64,000 bases of DNA, taken from the NCBI GenBank assembly GCA_902514275.1, contig CABXQD010000002.1:28587-92586 (forward strand). The letters are read 5' to 3'. The DNA is from an uncultured marine group I thaumarchaeote (GTDB taxonomy: Archaea; Thermoproteota; Nitrososphaeria; Nitrososphaerales; Nitrosopumilaceae). How positions within the stretch are numbered: position 1 is the stretch's first letter; each line of letters begins with the position of its first letter. The translations under genes were made by a program, and so were the position numbers. Of this stretch, positions 58,805 to 64,000 are shown one piece after another. The notes beneath the pieces were generated by a model. The model was given only the letters and a program-made list of their open reading frames with translations, was not told where the DNA came from and ran no database searches.

Positions 58805-58891
58805 TGGCGCGGGGAGAGGGATTTGAACCCACGAGTTCTTGCGAACATAGGATTAGCAATCCTACGCCCTACCAGGCTAGGCGACCCCCGC
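58805..58891 (-). tRNA. tRNA-Ser(GCT), CCA encoded
   Basis: GCGGGGGTCGCCTAGCCTGGTAGGGCGTAGGA-TTGCTAA-TCCTA, long variable arm GTTC-GCAA-GAAC, TTCAAAT loop, ends G-CCA. Confidence 0.95.
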
Positions 58892-58986
58892 ATAATTAGA
58901 GCTAGATGTATCTGTAAATAAATTCATTCTTTATCATACAATTACAATGATAGAATTAATTAGACGTAGATCAAAATCTTGGAATA

Positions 58987-60018
58987 ATGAGTAAAAAAGC
59001 TGCAGTAATGAAAGGAGATGGTATCGGTCCCGAAGTTGTAGATTCAATGTTAAAAGTTCTAAAAGAATGTAATTTTCAATCAGAATTAATTTTATGTGAA
59101 GCAGGCTCAGAACAATGGGACAAAAACGGTAGAAAAGATGCATCCTATATCCCAGATTCAACTATGAAAACATTAGAAGAGGTAGACTGTTGTTTTAAAG
59201 GACCAACTACCACAATTCCAGTTCCAGGTGCACCAAGAAGTGTTGCAGTTACATTAAGACAAAAATTTGAACTTTATGCAAATATCAGACCAACTAAAAC
59301 TTATGATAGATTAACACCAGATAGAAAACTTGATTGTGTATGCTTTAGAGAAGCAACTGAGGGTCTCTATACAGGAGTAGAAACAAAAATTACAGATGAT
59401 GCAGCAATTGCAATTAGAAAAATTACCAGACAAGGAAGTAGAAGATTACTTAATTCAGCAGTAGATTGGGCAAACAAATTTGAAATGAAAAAAATGGTTG
59501 CAATTACAAAAAGAAATATTTTAAAACAAACAGATGGAATATTTTGGGATGAAACACAAAAAGCAGTTGAAGGAACTGGAATAGAATTATCTGAGATATA
59601 CATAGACAATATGGCACAACAAATGGTAATTGCAACTGAACAGTTTAATGGTTCAGTATTAGTCAGTACCAATTTATTTATGGACATTATTTCAGAACTT
59701 GCATCAGCTTTAGTTGGTTCAATTGGATTAATTTATTCTGCAAATATTGGAGATAATTATGCAATGTTTGAAGCAGCACATGGAAGTGCACCACAATTTG
59801 CAGGACAAAATAAAGTTAATCCAACTGCAACTATATTATCAGGTGCATGGATGGCAGATTATCTAGGTGAAAGAGAAATAAGAGATGCAATATTTTCTGC
59901 AACTGAACAAGTTATCAATGAAGGCAAAACAGTAACATGGGATATTGGAGGTAATTCAACTACTACACAAATGACAGATGCAATAATTACATATGCAAAA
60001 AATAATTTAAGAAAATAA
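58987..60018 (+). CDS. Isocitrate/isopropylmalate/homoisocitrate dehydrogenase family
   Basis: [38 protein letters not shown]; substrate not resolved. Confidence 0.9.
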   Translation: MSKKAAVMKGDGIGPEVVDSMLKVLKECNFQSELILCEAGSEQWDKNGRKDASYIPDSTMKTLEEVDCCFKGPTTTIPVPGAPRSVAVTLRQKFELYANIRPTKTYDRLTPDRKLDCVCFREATEGLYTGVETKITDDAAIAIRKITRQGSRRLLNSAVDWANKFEMKKMVAITKRNILKQTDGIFWDETQKAVEGTGIELSEIYIDNMAQQMVIATEQFNGSVLVSTNLFMDIISELASALVGSIGLIYSANIGDNYAMFEAAHGSAPQFAGQNKVNPTATILSGAWMADYLGEREIRDAIFSATEQVINEGKTVTWDIGGNSTTTQMTDAIITYAKNNLRK

Positions 60019-60104
60019 AATTGAAAAAACAATCACATATTGTAGTGGATTTACCAAATATCTCAATACAAAATAAATAAAACACGCATAAGAAAATTAA
60101 ACAT

Positions 60105-60257
60105 ATGGGATTCAAAAAAGGCATTAACAAATGTGTAGAATGTGAGAAAAAAATGTCAGAGGATCCAAATGAAACAGGAATGTGTAGTAAATGCGGATCA
60201 GGTGCAAGAGTGGATTCAGAAATTCAAAAAGAATTAAACGATTTAGGAATAATCTAA
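60105..60257 (+). CDS. 50-aa CxxC-CxxC zinc-finger microprotein (not in ORF track)
   Basis: MGFKKGINKCVECEKKMSEDPNETGMCSKCGSGARVDSEIQKELNDLGII*. Confidence 0.65.
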   Translation: MGFKKGINKCVECEKKMSEDPNETGMCSKCGSGARVDSEIQKELNDLGII

Positions 60258-60261
60258 ATAA

Positions 60262-60798
60262 TTAATTTATTGCCTCTACAAGAATCAGTTCTTCAAAAAA
60301 AAGTTTCTTTTGTGCAATGATTTTAGTTTTCAAACCTAGTTTTTGGGCATAATCAATGAGTTTAGAATAATTAGATAATGAAGATGTAACAAAGATGAAT
60401 TTACCATCTTCTTTAAGATTTTTTAAAGCAGAATCAAATATTTTTTTTGGAATTTCAAATCCTTCAGCACCTCCATCAGTGGCAATATCTAAAATTTCAT
60501 CAGTTGCCAAATAAGGTAAATTACAAACAATAAAATCAAATTTAATTTTTAATGCATCTGAACTATTACAACATATTAGATTATCAGTTTTGTAAGAACT
60601 TTGATGTTGTAATACTTTACAGTTAATATCAGTTCCAACAACAAGAGAAAAATTATTACAAAGTAATTTTGTCAAATATCCAGATCCACTTCCAATATCT
60701 AATGCATAATCACCTTTTTCATTCTCAATATTATTTGCAATAAAAAAAGTATCCTCGGATGGAGGATATTCATCATTTTTCAAGAATTTGTTTTGCAA
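60262..60798 (-). CDS. HemK2/PrmC-like methyltransferase
   Basis: YPPSEDTF, LDIGSGSG, NLPY, DGGAEG, FFEEL. Confidence 0.88.
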   Translation of the reverse strand: MQNKFLKNDEYPPSEDTFFIANNIENEKGDYALDIGSGSGYLTKLLCNNFSLVVGTDINCKVLQHQSSYKTDNLICCNSSDALKIKFDFIVCNLPYLATDEILDIATDGGAEGFEIPKKIFDSALKNLKEDGKFIFVTSSLSNYSKLIDYAQKLGLKTKIIAQKKLFFEELILVEAIN

Positions 60799-61477
60799 GA
60801 TTAACTATTTCATCTCCTGAAAGATCATCAACACGTTTCTCTATTGTACTTTGTTTATTGAATTGTTTTAAAATATTTTTTACAGTTTTTCGCCTATAAG
60901 AAAAAATATTATTAATTGTAGAAATGAGATTTTTATCCAGAGTAGTCTTTTTTGAAATTTTTAAAATAACTGAATCAATTTTTGGTGGAGGGGAGAAATT
61001 ATTCTTACCAACATCAGATATTTTTTTAATATCAAATGCATGAATTGCAATTATACTAATTGCTCTTCTATTTTTTGATGTTGCAAAAAGTTTGTCTGCA
61101 AATTCTTTTTGAACCATGATCACTCCATGAGAAAAAGAATTTTGAGCTAACCATTCAATTGCATCTTTACTCCTAGAATAAGGTAAATTAGAAACAAAAA
61201 TTGAGAAAATATCTTTTTTCTTAAATCCATCCCCTGATTTTAGCACAAGATTATCAAATGTAGCAAATTTGGATTTTGCTTTTTTAATTAAATTTTCATC
61301 AGCATCAACAGAGATAACTTTTTGAGCGTGTTTACATAATAAAGGAGTTAAAATTCCAAGTCCAGTGCCAATTTCAAAAACAATATCATTTTTAGAAATT
61401 TCAGCTTCTTTAACAATTAATTTTGCAATAGATTTTGAATTTAGAAAGTGTTGTCCCAATAATTTTCGTTTTATCAT
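60773..61477 (-). CDS. rsmA: 16S rRNA adenine dimethyltransferase RsmA/KsgA
   Basis: LGQHFL, EIGTGLG, SNLPY, MVQKEFA, FSPPPKIDS, RRKT. Confidence 0.93.
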   Translation of the reverse strand: MIKRKLLGQHFLNSKSIAKLIVKEAEISKNDIVFEIGTGLGILTPLLCKHAQKVISVDADENLIKKAKSKFATFDNLVLKSGDGFKKKDIFSIFVSNLPYSRSKDAIEWLAQNSFSHGVIMVQKEFADKLFATSKNRRAISIIAIHAFDIKKISDVGKNNFSPPPKIDSVILKISKKTTLDKNLISTINNIFSYRRKTVKNILKQFNKQSTIEKRVDDLSGDEIVNLAKQILEK

Positions 61478-62040
61478 CTTTTAACAAAGAGATTCATTCT
61501 ACTTTCACCAGAAATTTCATCCATAATTCTTTCAGAGATATGTTTTACCGGATCTTTAAATCCAACTCTATCTTGTAAATCCACATAACTTTCAAATTTT
61601 TTCTTTTCTCTTTCTTCTAACATTGTTTTCATGTATGTTTTCCCAATCCCAGGGATTAATTCAAGAGCATGTATTCTTGGAGTTAACGGTCGTGCATTGT
61701 TAAGATATTCTACAAATTTTATTTCATTAGTAGTTACAATTTTTTCTACAACATTAAGTAATTCACTTTGAGCAGATGATGAGATATTATCATATTCCAT
61801 TTTACCCAATACAGAGGAAATTTTAGTTCTACCATCTTTACCGATGTAAATTTTCTCTCCAATTTCAAAACTTGAATTTGGAACTCCAAGAACTTCTAAA
61901 AGAGTTAGACGATCTTCACCAATGGAAGTAATAATAATTCCATCTCGTCCTCTAACAGTAGTTGACTTTCCTCTAGGATTAAAATCTAAAACATATGCAT
62001 ACTCTTCATATTTTCGAGTAGGGGATTGTGCCCGATACAA
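61474..62040 (-). CDS. DUF655 family RNA-binding protein
   Basis: EEYAYVLDF, TLLE, IYIG...R.KI, HALELIPGIGK; usual place between rpo4 and rsmA. Confidence 0.9.
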   Translation of the reverse strand: MYRAQSPTRKYEEYAYVLDFNPRGKSTTVRGRDGIIITSIGEDRLTLLEVLGVPNSSFEIGEKIYIGKDGRTKISSVLGKMEYDNISSSAQSELLNVVEKIVTTNEIKFVEYLNNARPLTPRIHALELIPGIGKTYMKTMLEEREKKKFESYVDLQDRVGFKDPVKHISERIMDEISGESRMNLFVKR

Positions 62041-62059
62041 AATTTATTTCTCCGAAAAA

Positions 62060-62386
62060 TTAAGAATGCTCCTGGATTATTTTGAGCATTTTTTCCAGGG
62101 TTTCAGCAAGAATTAATTTTTTCCAACCGAATGTAAATGAACGTAATTCAGCCATACTTGTTGGTCTGATATTTACAATTTCAACAGCTTCATCTTCTGT
62201 CAATTCACAATCTTTGATTAGTTTCTTTTTCATTTCTTTTGCATCTTTAGAATCTATAGATACAAATTTTGAAACATAATCATATGTCCATCTTTGAATT
62301 TGATCCATTTCTTCAACATCAACTTTACCTAAAATTTCTTTAACTTCAGAAAGTGAAATTGCTTGTTTTTTTTGTACTTCTTCCAT
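62060..62386 (-). CDS. rpo4: RNA polymerase subunit Rpo4 (F)
   Basis: EVKEIL, QRWTYDYV.KF, IVNIRP....ELR; follows rpl21e. Confidence 0.9.
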   Translation of the reverse strand: MEEVQKKQAISLSEVKEILGKVDVEEMDQIQRWTYDYVSKFVSIDSKDAKEMKKKLIKDCELTEDEAVEIVNIRPTSMAELRSFTFGWKKLILAETLEKMLKIIQEHS

Positions 62387-62388
62387 AA

Positions 62389-62688
62389 TTATACACCGAA
62401 TGGTTTTATGTGATCCAATCTAGTGATTAAGGTTTTTGGTTTATCACCTAATTTTACACTTAAAGTGATTGCACGTCTACCAACATTTGTTATAACACCA
62501 ACTTTACCGTGATATCGTCTATGTGGTAATCCCTTATGCTGTCTTGGATCAATGATGACAAGTGCTTGTTGACCTTCTTGGTATTCACGTAACAAAAATG
62601 ATACTCCTCTAGGGGCTCTTTTTGTCATTACAGATCTAGATTTATGTTTAAATCCATGTGAACGACCATGAGATTTCTTAGTTGCCAT
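62389..62688 (-). CDS. rpl21e: 50S ribosomal protein L21e
   Basis: SHG, IDP..HKGLPHRRYHGKVG, HIKP. Confidence 0.96.
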   Translation of the reverse strand: MATKKSHGRSHGFKHKSRSVMTKRAPRGVSFLLREYQEGQQALVIIDPRQHKGLPHRRYHGKVGVITNVGRRAITLSVKLGDKPKTLITRLDHIKPFGV

Positions 62689-62744
62689 GAGTGTAAAACC
62701 TTGGGAAGCCCTATTTTAACACTTAGGACATATTTCTAAAAAAA

Positions 62745-63800
62745 TTAGCCAATAAGATCAGTTCTGAGTTGTCCACATGCAGCTGAGATTTCAGTACCTT
62801 TTTCAATTCTTATTGTACAATTTACACCTGAACTTGATAAAATTCTTTCAAATTCATGAACTCTATTATTTGATGGTCGCTTAAAATCACCTGCAGTAGG
62901 ATTGATAGGAATTAGATTAACATGGGAACCGTTACCTTCTAAAAGCTTCGCTAAATTATGTGCAATTTCTGGAGAATCATTAACTCCATCCATCAAAGCA
63001 TATTCAAAAGTTACACGTCGACCAGTTTTTTTAAAATAATTATGACCAGATTCAATAATTTCTTCAACAGAATTAGAAGTTGCAGTAGGAACTAATTTTT
63101 TTCGTAATTCATTAGTTGGAGCATGTAATGATATTGCCAATCCTATTTGTAAATTTTCTTCAGCTAATTTTTCAATTCCAGATTTAATTCCAATAGTAGA
63201 TATAGTTATGTGGCGTTGACCTAATCCAAATCCTCTAGAATGAGTTAGAATTTTTACTGCTCTAATCATTTCATCATAATTTGCCATAGGTTCACCCATT
63301 CCCATAAAAACTAAGTTTGTTACATGTTCACCCCTTTGCCTTAAAATTTCTTCAAAATGAATTACTTGAGATATAATTTGTTCAGCTTTTAGATTTGTTT
63401 CAAAACCCATTTGTCCAGTTGCACAAAATACACATCCCATTGCACATCCAATTTGAGTAGAAACACATATTGTTGATCTTGGATGACCACCTATTTTGTT
63501 TGGTTCGTATTGCATCAAAACAGTTTCAACAGATTTATCGTTAGTTAAATTAAGTAATAATTTTGTAGTATCTCCATCTTCACTTACAATACGATGAGTT
63601 TCTTTTGCTGAACCAATGGTATAACCAGATTCAACTAATTCAGAAATTAATTGTTTAGGAAGTTGTTTGATATCAGAAATATTTTTCGGAAATTTATAAT
63701 ATAATGGAAGTAAAATTTGATCTGCTCTATATCGAGGATAACCCATATCAACTACTAGTTTTTCCATTTCTTCAGGAAGAAATCGATAAAGATCTACCAT
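62745..63800 (-). CDS. rlmN: Radical SAM RNA methyltransferase RlmN (bacterial type)
   Basis: CVSTQIGCAMGCVFCATG, FMGMGEP, AISLHA, FEY, NLIP.NP, AACGQL. Confidence 0.92.
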   Translation of the reverse strand: MVDLYRFLPEEMEKLVVDMGYPRYRADQILLPLYYKFPKNISDIKQLPKQLISELVESGYTIGSAKETHRIVSEDGDTTKLLLNLTNDKSVETVLMQYEPNKIGGHPRSTICVSTQIGCAMGCVFCATGQMGFETNLKAEQIISQVIHFEEILRQRGEHVTNLVFMGMGEPMANYDEMIRAVKILTHSRGFGLGQRHITISTIGIKSGIEKLAEENLQIGLAISLHAPTNELRKKLVPTATSNSVEEIIESGHNYFKKTGRRVTFEYALMDGVNDSPEIAHNLAKLLEGNGSHVNLIPINPTAGDFKRPSNNRVHEFERILSSSGVNCTIRIEKGTEISAACGQLRTDLIG

Positions 63801-63891
63801 AATACAATATCACAATCCCAAATGATATTAGAATTTAATGAATATGAATTAAAGAAAAATAAAAGAAAAAGAAGAAAAAATATTCTAGAGA

Positions 63892-64000
63892 CTAGAAATC
63901 ATCGGATGTAATATCTGCACCGTGATCTTCTACTGCACCTACTTCAGGTTCTACTGTAGCCTCTACTTCAGGTTCTACTGTAGCCTCTACTTCAGGTTCT
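63892..64000 (-). CDS. 3' end of a protein with an acidic repeat tail (partial)
   Basis: ...EPEVEATVEPEVEATVEPEVGAVEDHGADITSDDF* with TAG at 63892-63894. Confidence 0.7.
   Translation of the reverse strand, partial: EPEVEATVEPEVEATVEPEVGAVEDHGADITSDDF
63939..64000. repeat. 24-bp tandem repeat (VEPEVEAT), at least 2.5 copies, runs off the window
   Basis: ctacttcaggttctactgtagcct at 63939 and 63963, partial at 63987. Confidence 0.92.

Noticed and set aside
58805-58891. U-U mismatch in the tRNA-Ser T stem as a sign of a pseudogene
   Set aside because: All other arms, the variable arm, discriminator G and CCA are intact; a single mismatch is tolerated

Overview
AT-rich, gene-dense chromosomal segment of an ammonia-oxidising archaeon of the Nitrosopumilaceae type (Nitrososphaerota/Thaumarchaeota). 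The assignment rests on eukaryote-like topoisomerase IB, archaeal NirK, a degenerate FtsZ-like protein, the 3HP/4HB-cycle pair (ADP-forming acyl-CoA synthetase plus crotonase), split MetH, archaeal r-proteins and Rpo4. It is mostly core genome: DNA repair (mre11 end, rad50, DUF1998 helicase), LysW-dependent Arg/Lys biosynthesis, Met and flavin metabolism, RNA modification, two tRNAs (Met-CAT with a non-canonical 30/31 BHB intron; Ser-GCT) and several microproteins missed by the ORF track (Rpl39e, two LysW carriers, two CxxC-CxxC proteins, one coiled coil). I saw no CRISPR, IS element, integrase or provirus. Best leads: (1) the lysine-branch LysW ends in EDWGQ instead of the canonical EDWGE, implying a deamidation/activation step or different chemistry; (2) a half-size DOHH-like HEAT protein with two HE motifs, a candidate for the unidentified archaeal deoxyhypusine hydroxylase, with deoxyhypusine synthase in the same window; (3) an Elf1-like zinc ribbon fused to a Hrq1/MrfA-type helicase, plus a separate Elf1-like microprotein; (4) a tandem YnfA pair with opposite charge bias; (5) bacterial-type RlmN beside the rpl21e cluster. 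All calls come from reading motifs by eye; no searches were run.
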